Assembly (NCBI GenBank): GCA_963798485.1
Contig: CAWCTR010000025.1
Span: 1 to 32,827, forward strand
Source: an uncultured delta proteobacterium
Lineage (GTDB): Bacteria > Desulfobacterota > Desulfomonilia > UBA1062
Length of the DNA stretch: 32,827 bases
Reading direction: 5' to 3'
The position numbers and the translations under genes are program-made. The notes below the pieces were generated by a model. The model saw only the letters and a program-made list of their open reading frames with translations, was not told where the DNA came from and ran no database searches. Positions 8,957 through 18,582 of this stretch are shown here, one piece after another. How positions within the stretch are numbered: position 1 is the first letter of the stretch; each line of letters opens with the position of its first letter.

Positions 8957-11031
8957 TGGCAAAGACTCTGCTCTTCGAGATCGGCACCGAGGAGATCCCA
9001 TCGGGTTTCATCGTCCCTGCGCTGAACTTCATGAAGGCCTCAATCACCGAAAGGCTTTCCACGCTAAAGTTCGAGCACGATGAGGTACGGATGTTCTCTA
9101 CACCCAGGAGATTCGCCTTCAGGATAGCCGGCATGACCGAGACCCTGCCGGATGCTACTGAGACCAAGATGGGCCCGCCGAAAAGCATATCCTTCGACAA
9201 GGACGGCAACCCCACCAAGGCAGGCCTCGGGTTCGCCCAGACCTGCGGCGTGGATATCACTGGGGTTAGCATCGCAAAGACGCCGAAGGGAGAATACCTA
9301 AGCGTTACCAGGAATATACCCGGGAAATCTGCAATGGAAGTCCTGCCTGAAATGCTCGAGGAGATGATCCTCAAGATCCCGTTCACCAAGACCATGCGAT
9401 GGTCAAACCCTGATGTGCGTTTTGCCCGGCCCGTGCATTGGATACTGGCCATGTTCGGACCCGACGTGCTCCCGGTGAAATTCGGCAATATCAAGGCAGG
9501 CAGGCTCACCTACGGCAACAGGTTCATGACGAAAGACGCTATCGAGATATCAAGCCCTGATGCCTACGAGCAGATCCTTGAGGCGGCCTATGTCATCCCG
9601 GACCTTGCCAAGCGGAAAGACACCATCTGGAAGGCCCTTGAAGGCCAGGCTAAGAAGATAGGCGCCGAGGTCCTGGACAGGGACCTGCTTGCCGAGGTGG
9701 CGGACCTGCTGGAATACCCGCACCCTATCATCGGCACCTTTGACGAGGCGTTCTTAAGGCTCCCCAAGGAAGTCCTGGTCACGGTCATGAAGCACCACCA
9801 GAGATACTTCCCCATGTATGCCGCAGGTGACGGTTCTAAATTGAAGGCATCATTCGGGGCCTTCAGCAATATCGTACCCAAGGACGATGCCGTTGTGAGG
9901 ACAGGCAACGAGCGGGTGCTCAAGGCCCGGTTGGATGATGCCCGCTATTTCTTTGATGAGGACCTCAAGGTGCCCTTGAAGGTGTATGCAGATCGCCTGA
10001 AAAACGTCATCTTCCACAAGGACCTGGGCACCTCCTATGAAAAGGTGGACCGGTTCAGCGAGGTAGCACTGGCCCTGGCCGAGAAGCTCGCGCCGGATAA
10101 AAAGGCACGGGTGAAAGAGGCGGCCTCCCTGTGCAAGGGCGACCTCAACAGCCTTATGGTATGCGAGCTGCCCGAGCTCCAGGGAATCATGGGCAGGGAA
10201 TATGCCCTGCGTCAGGGCATCGACCCTGAGGTGGCCGTTGCCATCCGCGAACACTACCTGCCGGCATCCGCCGAGGATAAGCTCCCATCCGGTGTGGTGG
10301 GTGACCTCATCGGCATGGCAGACAGGATCGACACCATCTGCGGCTGCTTCGGCATCGGCATGGTGCCTTCCGGCACCTCTGATCCGTATGCACTCCGCAG
10401 GCAGACCATTGCCATCTTGAACATCCTGCTGGGCAAGCTCTACCATGTCTGTATTTCATGGCTTGTGGATGCCTCACTCAAACAGCTCACTGCCAAGCTG
10501 AAAAGGCCGGCAGAAGATACGAAGAAGGATGTACTCGCCTTTTTCGCAAACCGCTTTGCCTCCATCCTCCAGGGCAGGGGAATTCCCGGTGATGTGATAG
10601 AATCCGTCATAGGGACCTTTGACGACCCCGTAGACACCTTTCAGCGGGCCCAGGCCCTAGCGACCATGCGTAGCGATCCCTGGTTCGAATCCATCTGTGC
10701 GGCAAGCAAGCGGGTGGAAAATATCCTTAAAAAAACTGTCCCGACCTCGGATGTGATCCCGGCCCTGTTCGCCCAGGACGAGGAAAGGGCCTTGCACAAG
10801 GCCTTCCAGTCTATGGAGGGTGCATTTGTCGCCCATACCCAAAAGGGGGAGTACATTGATGCACTCAAACTGCTTGCAGGTCTCAAGGACCCCATTGACA
10901 GCTTCTTCGAAAAGGTCCTCGTCATGAGCGAGGATATCAAGATCCGCGAGAACCGCATTGCCTTGCTTAAAGGACTGGTTGTGCTATTCGACAAGGTGGC
11001 CAAGTTTTCAAAGATATCCACCCAGCAGTAA
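8956..11031 (+). CDS. glyS: Glycine--tRNA ligase beta subunit
   Basis: LLFEIGTEEIP, TPRR, MRWS...FARPVHW, GNERVLKARLDDARYFF, ELPELQGIMG, PSGTSDPYALRR. TGATG overlap with the glyQ stop. Confidence 0.98.
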   Translation: MAKTLLFEIGTEEIPSGFIVPALNFMKASITERLSTLKFEHDEVRMFSTPRRFAFRIAGMTETLPDATETKMGPPKSISFDKDGNPTKAGLGFAQTCGVDITGVSIAKTPKGEYLSVTRNIPGKSAMEVLPEMLEEMILKIPFTKTMRWSNPDVRFARPVHWILAMFGPDVLPVKFGNIKAGRLTYGNRFMTKDAIEISSPDAYEQILEAAYVIPDLAKRKDTIWKALEGQAKKIGAEVLDRDLLAEVADLLEYPHPIIGTFDEAFLRLPKEVLVTVMKHHQRYFPMYAAGDGSKLKASFGAFSNIVPKDDAVVRTGNERVLKARLDDARYFFDEDLKVPLKVYADRLKNVIFHKDLGTSYEKVDRFSEVALALAEKLAPDKKARVKEAASLCKGDLNSLMVCELPELQGIMGREYALRQGIDPEVAVAIREHYLPASAEDKLPSGVVGDLIGMADRIDTICGCFGIGMVPSGTSDPYALRRQTIAILNILLGKLYHVCISWLVDASLKQLTAKLKRPAEDTKKDVLAFFANRFASILQGRGIPGDVIESVIGTFDDPVDTFQRAQALATMRSDPWFESICAASKRVENILKKTVPTSDVIPALFAQDEERALHKAFQSMEGAFVAHTQKGEYIDALKLLAGLKDPIDSFFEKVLVMSEDIKIRENRIALLKGLVVLFDKVAKFSKISTQQ

Positions 11032-11033
11032 TC

Positions 11034-12113
11034 ATGAAGAAGTCCCATCCCGCCGAGGGTATCAGGAGGCGGCCTGAGGCAGCAAGCAAGGCCGACATGA
11101 GGGATGCCTTCTCTATCGATGTGGACCGTATTCTCCACTCACAGGCCTACACCTCCTATATCGACAAGACACAGGTGTTCTATCTTGTGGGCCACCAGGG
11201 CATTTCCCACCGGGTGATCCATGTACAGCTGCTGTCCCGCATCGCAAGGACCATCGGCAGGAAGTTGGGACTCAATGATGACCTCATCGAGGCCATTGCG
11301 ATCGGCCACGACATCGGCCACCCGCCTTTTGGGCACGATGGGGAACACTACCTCGATGAGCTCTGCGGGAGCGCCGGAATCAATCCTTTCCGGCATAACC
11401 TCCAGGCCATTCAGGCACTTGAACGCATCGAGAAATCAGGCCATGGCCTCAACCTCACCCTCCAGGTCCTTGACGGCATCCTGTGCCATAACGGAGAGAT
11501 GAACGAACAATCCGTATCCCCCGGCAACGGCGCTACCTTTGAGGATCTCGATTGCAAGATGGAAGCCGCCCTCAGGGGTGAAAGCCCTTGGCCCATGACA
11601 ATGGAGGGCTGCCTTGTCCGGGTGGCGGACACGGTGAGTTACATTGGAAGGGATATCGAGGACGCTATTTCACTCGGTATCATATCAAGGGATGATCTCC
11701 CGAATTCAGTGATACGGGTGCTCGGGGACACCAACGGCAAGATCGTCTATGCCTTGGTTGAGGACCTCGCCCGACATTCTTCCGGAGATGCCATTGTGTA
11801 TACGCCTCGTATATTCAAGGCGCTGACGGCCTTGAAGGAATTCAATTACGAGAAGATCTATACCAACCCCTTAGTAAAGGCGGAGTCCAGCAAGATCAAG
11901 GCAATGTACTCGCTGATATTCTCCCGCCTCGTGGAAGATGTAGTGGAGAAGGATCGGTCGTCTAAGGTCTTCACGAACTTCCTGGACAGGCTTCCCGAAC
12001 GATATATGATCTCCCATAATCCCTTTGAGATGGTTCGTGACTTCATTGCAGGGCTGACCGATTCAGGCTTCCTGCGACTCTTCACCGAGATGTTCGTGCC
12101 GAGGGTATTATAA
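11034..12113 (+). CDS. HD-domain deoxyguanosinetriphosphate triphosphohydrolase-like protein
   Basis: DVDRILHS, DKTQV, HRVIHV, GHDIGHPPFGHDGE, FRHN, VADTVSYIGRDIED, DFIAGLTD motifs of the dGTPase family. Confidence 0.9.
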   Translation: MKKSHPAEGIRRRPEAASKADMRDAFSIDVDRILHSQAYTSYIDKTQVFYLVGHQGISHRVIHVQLLSRIARTIGRKLGLNDDLIEAIAIGHDIGHPPFGHDGEHYLDELCGSAGINPFRHNLQAIQALERIEKSGHGLNLTLQVLDGILCHNGEMNEQSVSPGNGATFEDLDCKMEAALRGESPWPMTMEGCLVRVADTVSYIGRDIEDAISLGIISRDDLPNSVIRVLGDTNGKIVYALVEDLARHSSGDAIVYTPRIFKALTALKEFNYEKIYTNPLVKAESSKIKAMYSLIFSRLVEDVVEKDRSSKVFTNFLDRLPERYMISHNPFEMVRDFIAGLTDSGFLRLFTEMFVPRVL

Positions 12114-12127
12114 TTGATGATACGGTC

Positions 12128-12155
12128 TTGATAAAAGAAGAAAGAAGGTTATTAT
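12128..12155 (+). promoter_or_regulatory. Putative sigma-70 promoter for the small RHH gene
   Basis: TTGATA (12128-33), 16 bp spacer, TATTAT (12150-55) in an AT-rich intergenic region. Confidence 0.4.
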
Positions 12156-12240
12156 TATTCTCTGTCACTATTAAAAGAAAAGAATTAGAAGATAAACGGT
12201 GCACCAGTAGTGAGAACGAAAATTAATAGAGAGGTGTATA

Positions 12241-12480
12241 ATGGGTGTAAGGGGAAGGAAGCCGTTGGCGCTGAGAAGTGGAGATAAAAAAGCGGTATTG
12301 ATCAAAAGAAACTATTATATTGAGGAACGATATGCAAAGGCCCTTACCGTGCTTTCCGCTTTAACGGGTAAAGAGCTTTCTTTGCTGGTAAATGAGGCAA
12401 TCCACAATCTGATTAATAAATACCAGCCGATGACGGATATAGACCTTCTTCGATTGAAAGTGATTAAAAAAGAAGATTAA
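12241..12480 (+). CDS. Small putative ribbon-helix-helix (CopG-like) DNA-binding protein
   Basis: 79 aa, GAGGTG RBS. IKRNYYIEERYAKALTVLSALTGKELSLLVNEAIHNLINKY has the strand-helix-G-helix pattern of RHH proteins. Confidence 0.65.
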   Translation: MGVRGRKPLALRSGDKKAVLIKRNYYIEERYAKALTVLSALTGKELSLLVNEAIHNLINKYQPMTDIDLLRLKVIKKED

Positions 12481-12522
12481 GGTGCACAGAAATAAACGCA
12501 CAGAATGAACAGTAAATGGTTC

Positions 12523-13779
12523 CTATTTCCACGTCCTCTCGTCCACCAATAACTTGGTGTCAGCAGAAAGGCTGCCTGGTTTAAGGAACTCCACGCTATC
12601 CACCTTGACAGTACAGATCTCCTGAAAGGTCTTTTCAAACCGCGCCTGTAATTCATTATCCAAGAAATGGGCAGCTTGGGCGTCGAGCCTGGCGGTCAGG
12701 GTGTCCCGGTGGCCCGAGCGGCTGATTACAAGCTGAACAACGAGGCCGGGGAAGGCTTCACAGACCATCTTTACCTGGCTTGGGGCAATGAACATGCCTC
12801 GGACCTTCACTGCGTCGCCCACCCTGCCGGCAATTCCTGAAAGCCTTAGGCATGTCCTGCCGCAGGGGCAGGGCTCTTCAATGATGCTTGAGAGGTCACC
12901 CGTTCCGAAGCGCAGCAGGAAGAAGATGCGGTTCAACCTTGTCACTACTACCTCTCCCAGTTCCCCGGGCTTGACGGGCTCTCCCGTTGCCGGGTCTACA
13001 ATCTCCACGATTACCTCCTCGCAGAGGTGCCAACCTTTTTTATAAGTACACTCATAGGCCACATCCCCCACCTCGGTTGCCCCGTACATCTGAAAGGTAT
13101 CGATGCCGTATTCTGTTTCAAAGAGCTGTCTCAGCGACGGTTGCAGCGGCTCGGCAGCGAAGCTCGCGCGCTTCACCTTGAAATCTTTCGCAAAGTCGTA
13201 GCCCATTTCCGTTGCCTTGGTGATGATTGCCATGAGGAAGCTCGGGGTCCCGGTGTAGCCCGTAACATTCAGGTCCTTAATAAGCTGGACCTGCTGCTGG
13301 GTGGCAGAAGATCCCGAGGGCACCACGGTTGCCCCGACCCTGTTAAGCCCTCCATGGAAGGTGAGGCCGGCCGCCACCATATGATAGGAAAAGGCATTAA
13401 GCACGATGTCTCCTTGCGCGAACCCTGCTGCCTTGTAGGCCCTGGCCCAAAGCGGGTCGTCGGAATTGAGGTGAGGTTCATAAACCGGACCCGGAGAGAT
13501 GAAGATGCGCTCGATAACGGCATCCGGATCGGCCAGAGAGCCGTAGGGAGGGTCTTGGGCCTCAATGCCTACAAGCTGCTCCCGTGATATAATAGGGAGC
13601 TTCACAAGGTCTTGGACGGTTTGAATATCAGTCGGGTTCAAAGAGCGATCCTGGAGGATCGACCTGAGCTTCGGCGAACGCTCAAAGCCAAGCCGAACCA
13701 TCTCGGAGAGCCTCTTGTTCTGGTATGTCTCCCGCTGTTCGCGGGTCATAATTTCAAGATCGTCTAGATAATTGTTCAC
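12523..13779 (-). CDS. Phenylacetate-CoA ligase family (PaaK-like) protein
   Basis: DLVKLPI, FSYHMVAAG, YTGTPSFL, MYGATEVG, IVEIVDP, GEVVVT, LRFGTGDLS, CPCGRT, GRVGDAVKVRGMFI; GTG start with GGAG RBS. Confidence 0.88.
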   Translation of the reverse strand: MNNYLDDLEIMTREQRETYQNKRLSEMVRLGFERSPKLRSILQDRSLNPTDIQTVQDLVKLPIISREQLVGIEAQDPPYGSLADPDAVIERIFISPGPVYEPHLNSDDPLWARAYKAAGFAQGDIVLNAFSYHMVAAGLTFHGGLNRVGATVVPSGSSATQQQVQLIKDLNVTGYTGTPSFLMAIITKATEMGYDFAKDFKVKRASFAAEPLQPSLRQLFETEYGIDTFQMYGATEVGDVAYECTYKKGWHLCEEVIVEIVDPATGEPVKPGELGEVVVTRLNRIFFLLRFGTGDLSSIIEEPCPCGRTCLRLSGIAGRVGDAVKVRGMFIAPSQVKMVCEAFPGLVVQLVISRSGHRDTLTARLDAQAAHFLDNELQARFEKTFQEICTVKVDSVEFLKPGSLSADTKLLVDERTWK

Positions 13780-13819
13780 TTTAAGCCCCCTCTCCTCCTA
13801 CGATTTACTCACCACGTGC

Positions 13820-14632
13820 CTACAGCCACCGTTTTCTGCGCTTATACGACTTCACGTCACGGTATGACCTGGCTGCGCCGCCTGCGCTTACCCCGAGGTA
13901 GAACTCCTTCACGTCGGGGTTCTCTTTCAGGTTGTCCGCCTCTCCCTCCATCACGACGCGGCCATTCTCCATGACATAACCATAGTGGGCGATCTGCAAT
14001 GCCATATTGGCGTTCTGCTCCACCAGGATGATGGTGGTCCCCTGTTCTTCGTTGATCCGCCGGATGATCCGGAAGATCTCTTTCACGACGAGCGGGGCGA
14101 GGCCGAGCGATGGCTCGTCTAAGAGGAGCAGCTTGGGATGGGCCATGAGTGCCCTGCCCATGACCACCATCTGGAGCTCGCCCCCGCTGCAGTAGCCGGC
14201 CAGGGCCTTCCTTCGCTTCACCAGGGCGGGGAAATAGTCATATACAAGCGCCAGGTCCTTCTTGTAAGGCTTTAACCAGCGGGTGGCTGTGCCGACCTTC
14301 AGGTTCTCTTCAATGGTGAGGTACTTGAAGGGCTGCCTGCCCTCCAGGACCTGGATGATGCCGAGGCGGGTGATCTCCTCGGGAGACAGGTTCTGGACGA
14401 GCTTGGAGTCGTACATGATACTGCCGTCCGTAACCTTGCCGTTTTCCGGCTTGAGCAGTCCGGATATGGCCTTGAGCGTCGTGGTCTTGCCCGCACCGTT
14501 ACTCCCGAGCAGCGACACGATGCGGCCGCGCAGTACCTTGAGCGACACCCCCTTGAGCACCTGGATTACATCCGAATAGACCACGCTGATGTTGTTGAGC
14601 TGGAGCAGGGTATCGGTAGTTAAGTCTTCCAT
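13820..14632 (-). CDS. Liv-type (HAAT) ABC transporter ATP-binding protein, LivF-like
   Basis: Walker A GSNGAGKTT, CSGGELQM, LLLLDEPSLGLAP, VEQNA. Start placed at ATG 14632 (GAGG RBS), not 14752. Confidence 0.93.
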   Translation of the reverse strand: MEDLTTDTLLQLNNISVVYSDVIQVLKGVSLKVLRGRIVSLLGSNGAGKTTTLKAISGLLKPENGKVTDGSIMYDSKLVQNLSPEEITRLGIIQVLEGRQPFKYLTIEENLKVGTATRWLKPYKKDLALVYDYFPALVKRRKALAGYCSGGELQMVVMGRALMAHPKLLLLDEPSLGLAPLVVKEIFRIIRRINEEQGTTIILVEQNANMALQIAHYGYVMENGRVVMEGEADNLKENPDVKEFYLGVSAGGAARSYRDVKSYKRRKRWL

Positions 14633-14642
14633 TGCTTGAACC

Positions 14643-15713
14643 TCAGTAGGAGAACGGCCACAGCCGGAAGGTGGACCGGACGATGCGCCATAGTTCTGCA
14701 AGCCCCTTTGGCTCAAAGAGGATAAACAGGACAATGGCCAGACCAAAGGCAAACTCGCGCAGCGATGCCATGTTGAGTCCGAACCCGCTCAGTGCGGATA
14801 TGTTCATCATGGCATCCGTTGCAAAGCGCAAAACCTCATTGAGGCCCGTGATGAAGATCGCCCCGAAGATGGAGCCCGGGATGCTGCCGAGTCCCCCGAT
14901 AATGACCATGGCGATGTATTCCACTGAGAGCCCCAAAGTAAAGGGCTCTGTGGATATGCTCCTCATGTAGTATGCCCACAAGGCCCCTGCAAAGCCTGCA
15001 TAGAAGGAGCTGACGGCAAAGGCGAGCAGCTTGTAGAAGAAGATGGGTATACCCATGCCCTCTGCGGCCCGGTCATTGTCGCGGATGGCAATGAAGGCCC
15101 TGCCATAGCGTGTTCTCATGAGGTTGGATGCGACAAAGGTGAGGCCAACTAGGCAGACGAAGATCAGATAGAAGAACCGCCTGTCCGAGTCGATGGCAAG
15201 CCCGAACAGTTTGGCTGCAGGCAGCATGATGCCCATGGTCCCCCTGGTGAGGCTGTCCCAGTGCACCAGGATGTATTCGATGATAAACTGGCCGGCCAGC
15301 GTCGCGATGGTGAGGTAGAGCCCCTTGAGCCTGCCCGAGGGGATGCCGAAGATCATACCCACGAAGGCGGTGACGATCCCTGATGCCGGGATCGAGATCC
15401 ACAAGGGAAGGCCGACCCTCGTGGCCAGGATGGCCCCTGCATACGCCCCTACGCCGAAGAAGGCCCCGTGGCCCAGCGAGATCTGGCCTGTGAACCCGAT
15501 GAGGATGTTCAGGCCCAAGGCGGCAATGGCCGCGATCCCCGTCATGTTGATGACATAGAGCAGATACGGCGAGCTGATAAAGGGCACTACCCCGAAGAGG
15601 AAGGCGAGCCCGAGGAAGGCCCACATGCGGCCGAAATCCGTCTCGAAGATGGTAAGCTCCTGGCCGTAGTGTTCCTTGTAGTTCCCGCACGGGTGGAATT
15701 GAAGCCGCTTCAT
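14643..15713 (-). CDS. Liv-type ABC transporter permease, LivM-like
   Basis: GLNILIGFTGQISLGHGAFFGVGAY, RLKGLYLTIATLA, GRAFIAIRDN, IIGGLGS; likely start ATG 15713. Confidence 0.93.
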   Translation of the reverse strand: MKRLQFHPCGNYKEHYGQELTIFETDFGRMWAFLGLAFLFGVVPFISSPYLLYVINMTGIAAIAALGLNILIGFTGQISLGHGAFFGVGAYAGAILATRVGLPLWISIPASGIVTAFVGMIFGIPSGRLKGLYLTIATLAGQFIIEYILVHWDSLTRGTMGIMLPAAKLFGLAIDSDRRFFYLIFVCLVGLTFVASNLMRTRYGRAFIAIRDNDRAAEGMGIPIFFYKLLAFAVSSFYAGFAGALWAYYMRSISTEPFTLGLSVEYIAMVIIGGLGSIPGSIFGAIFITGLNEVLRFATDAMMNISALSGFGLNMASLREFAFGLAIVLFILFEPKGLAELWRIVRSTFRLWPFSY

Positions 15714-15714
15714 G

Positions 15715-16593
15715 CTACACCCTCTCGATCTCAACCAGGCCGAAGAGGCCGTAGGGCTTGATGAGCAGGATGATGACCAAGACGATATACGGGATCACGT
15801 CGCGCAGTGACGGCGATATGTATCCGCTCGTAAAGGTCTCCAGCAGCCCGATGATGATCCCGCCGATAATGGCCCCGCCGATGCTGTCCAGTCCGCCCAG
15901 GATGACCACCGGGAAGACCTTGAGCCCGATGGAGCTGATCTCGTGCACATTGATACCGTTGATGATTCCCAGCACAATGCCGCTCATGCCTGCGACCATG
16001 GCGGCGATGGCCCAGGAGAGGGCAAAGACCTTCTTCACGTGGACGCCTAAGGACAGGGCGGCAGTCTGGTTGTCGGCCACGCTCCGCATGAAGATGCCCT
16101 GGGGCGAGTACTTGAAGAAGAGCCCGAAGAGCAGCAAGAAGCAAACACCCAGCAGAGAGGAAGCCACATATACCGGGGGGATGTAGATAGTGCCTATTTG
16201 TATGGCAAGGGCCTTTGGCAGGAAATCGGGGTAGGTCTGGAGGTTGCCCCCGAAGAAGAACAGGAGCAGGCCCTTGAACATGGATGCCAGGCCCACGGTG
16301 AGCATGATGACAAAGATGAGCGACTCGCCGATTAAGGGCCGCAGGAAGAGGCGCTCCACCACAAACCCCAGCACGAAGCTTCCGGCAAGGGTGATGAGGA
16401 AGGCCAGCACCACCGGTACCTTGACCCACGCTACCAGCACGAGGAAGAGATACGCGCCTATGGCCATGAGCTGGCCGTGTGCGAAGTTCAGCACGGACGA
16501 CGATTTGAAGATCATGACAAAGCCCAGCGCGGACAGGCCGTAGAGAAGCCCGACGCTCAGGCCGTTTATGAGGAGCTGTAAGAAGAAGTCCAT
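15715..16593 (-). CDS. Liv-type ABC transporter permease, LivH-like
   Basis: LQLLINGL...ALGFVMIFKSSSVLNFAHG, MRSVADN, VVILGGLDS, KPYGLFG. Confidence 0.94.
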   Translation of the reverse strand: MDFFLQLLINGLSVGLLYGLSALGFVMIFKSSSVLNFAHGQLMAIGAYLFLVLVAWVKVPVVLAFLITLAGSFVLGFVVERLFLRPLIGESLIFVIMLTVGLASMFKGLLLFFFGGNLQTYPDFLPKALAIQIGTIYIPPVYVASSLLGVCFLLLFGLFFKYSPQGIFMRSVADNQTAALSLGVHVKKVFALSWAIAAMVAGMSGIVLGIINGINVHEISSIGLKVFPVVILGGLDSIGGAIIGGIIIGLLETFTSGYISPSLRDVIPYIVLVIILLIKPYGLFGLVEIERV

Positions 16594-16620
16594 GTATTCT
16601 CTCCTGGTTCGTGCCTTTCT

Positions 16621-18573
16621 TCAAAAAACCGTTATCACATGGGCTGTTGTCTCGACCATGCCCACCTGGCCGTCGCGGTAGCGGACCTTGCCCTTGACCG
16701 GCAGCTCGCTCAGACCTGTGTACATGGCCTCGATCATGGGTAGGTAGAGGCCGTAGACAAAGCGCCTCCGCACCTTGCCGGTGCGGGTGAGTTCCTCATC
16801 GTCGGCATCGAGGAGCTTGTAGAGCAGGATGAACCGCTTTATCTTCATGGGCCCGGGCAGCTGTTCGTTCACCTTCTTCACCTCTTCGAGGATGAGGTGC
16901 TCAACCTCGGCCCGCCCGGACAGGTCCGTATAGGTGGTGTACGGGATCATACGGTCCTCGGCCCAGTTGCCCACATTTCCCAGGTCGATGTTGATGAGCG
17001 CCGTGATAAAAGGCCGGCCCTCACCGAAGATGATGGTTTCCTTGATATATAAGGAAAATTTGAGCCTGGTCTCGATGAAGTCAGGGGAGAAGGCATTGCC
17101 TTCCTTGTCCCTTATGATGTCCTGCTTCCGCCCGATAATGACCAGGTGGCCGTCGTCGTCGAGGTAGCCGGCATCCCCTGTCAGAAACCAGCCGTTCTCA
17201 AAGGCCTTTTCCGTGGATTCATAGTCATTGTGGTAGCCTGCGAAGACCGAGTCGGAAAGCAGCATGACTTCCTGGTCTTTGGATATCTTCACCTCGGTGC
17301 CGGGCAGGGCCTTGCCCACGGTCTCCGGTTTTACCTCGTCATCGGGCTGCACCTGGAAGATGCCGCAGGTCTCGGTGAGGCCGTAGCACTGCTTCAGGTT
17401 CAACCCGCAGGCCCTGAAAAAGCGGATCACATCAGGGCTGATGGGGTGGCCGCCGGTGTAGGCGCTGATGAAACCCGAGCAGCCCACCCTGTCGAGCAGG
17501 GGGTTGAACACGAGGGCCTTGGCCATACCATTGAGGAGGCGCAGGCCAAACGGTATGGGCTTCCTTAATGCTTTCCGGTCCACACAGGCTGTGCCGATGC
17601 GTTCGGCATAAGTGAACATGGCGCGGTTGACGGGCCCGGCATCGTCGATCTTCACCCGGATCTTTGAAGCCAGGTCCTCCCAGAAGCGTGAAGAGGAGAT
17701 GAGGAGGCTAGGCCCGATCTCCCGGAAGTCGGCCGTCACGGTCTCGGGCGTCTCGGGGAAGTTCATGGTCATCCCGCCGAGCAAGGCCACGCCGAATCCC
17801 CACATCTGGTCCACGATCCAGGCGGGCGGGGTCATGGAGAGCCAGTTGGACCCGATGCCCACCGGGTTGGATTCTATCCATTTCCTGCCCATTGCCGCAT
17901 AGTTCCGGTGGGTGAGCATGGCGAGTTTGGAGATGCCCGTAGTGCCCGATGTCAGGATCATGTGGCACACCTCGTCCGGCTTGCCCTTGGCCATCTCCTC
18001 GGCGAACAGGCCCGGATGCCTGGCCTCGTGCCTTTTCCCTAGGTCAAGCAGGTTTTTATAGCTTATGAGGAGCTTGTTCTCCGCATACCCCCGCATGCCC
18101 GTGGGGTCCACGTAGATGATCGTCTGGACGTGCGGGAGCTTGCCCTGCTGCTCCAACAGCTTGTCCACCTGCTCCTGGTCCTGGACCAGGATGAAGCGCG
18201 CCTGGATACGGTTCAGCGCAGAGGTAAGCTCGCTCGCCACGGCAGAGGTGAAGAGGTTCAGGCTGACAGCGCCCATGCCCTGAGCGCCAAGCTGGCTGAA
18301 CAGCCACTCGGGGTGGTTGTTCAGGATCATGCCTACATGGTCGTGCCGGTTGAGGCCTAAGGCCTTGAGCCCAAGCCCGGTATACTTCACATAAGAAAGG
18401 TAGTCTTCCCAGGTGAAGGCCTGCCAGACGCCATAGGTCTTCTCCCGGATGGCGATGTGTGCGTGGCCGAGAAGTCCGGCCTGATGATCAAGGATCTGGG
18501 GCAGGGTGCACGTGGAAAGCCTGTCCAGGTGAACGGGGCTGACCTTGGGAAAAGTCTTTCCGCTTATGCCCAT
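16621..18573 (-). CDS. Long-chain acyl-CoA synthetase-like AMP-binding protein
   Basis: TSGTTGISK, YGLTET, TVGK, WFLTGDAG, IIGRKQD, ELTRTGKVRR adenylate-forming motifs. Confidence 0.92.
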   Translation of the reverse strand: MGISGKTFPKVSPVHLDRLSTCTLPQILDHQAGLLGHAHIAIREKTYGVWQAFTWEDYLSYVKYTGLGLKALGLNRHDHVGMILNNHPEWLFSQLGAQGMGAVSLNLFTSAVASELTSALNRIQARFILVQDQEQVDKLLEQQGKLPHVQTIIYVDPTGMRGYAENKLLISYKNLLDLGKRHEARHPGLFAEEMAKGKPDEVCHMILTSGTTGISKLAMLTHRNYAAMGRKWIESNPVGIGSNWLSMTPPAWIVDQMWGFGVALLGGMTMNFPETPETVTADFREIGPSLLISSSRFWEDLASKIRVKIDDAGPVNRAMFTYAERIGTACVDRKALRKPIPFGLRLLNGMAKALVFNPLLDRVGCSGFISAYTGGHPISPDVIRFFRACGLNLKQCYGLTETCGIFQVQPDDEVKPETVGKALPGTEVKISKDQEVMLLSDSVFAGYHNDYESTEKAFENGWFLTGDAGYLDDDGHLVIIGRKQDIIRDKEGNAFSPDFIETRLKFSLYIKETIIFGEGRPFITALINIDLGNVGNWAEDRMIPYTTYTDLSGRAEVEHLILEEVKKVNEQLPGPMKIKRFILLYKLLDADDEELTRTGKVRRRFVYGLYLPMIEAMYTGLSELPVKGKVRYRDGQVGMVETTAHVITVF

Positions 18574-18582
18574 GGCAAGCCC

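Noticed and set aside
15073-16624. Long alternative-frame ORFs (205 aa and 297 aa) over the permeases
   Set aside because: Arg/His/Pro-rich shadow frames of GC-rich genes, fully overlapping well-supported LivH/LivM-like CDSs.
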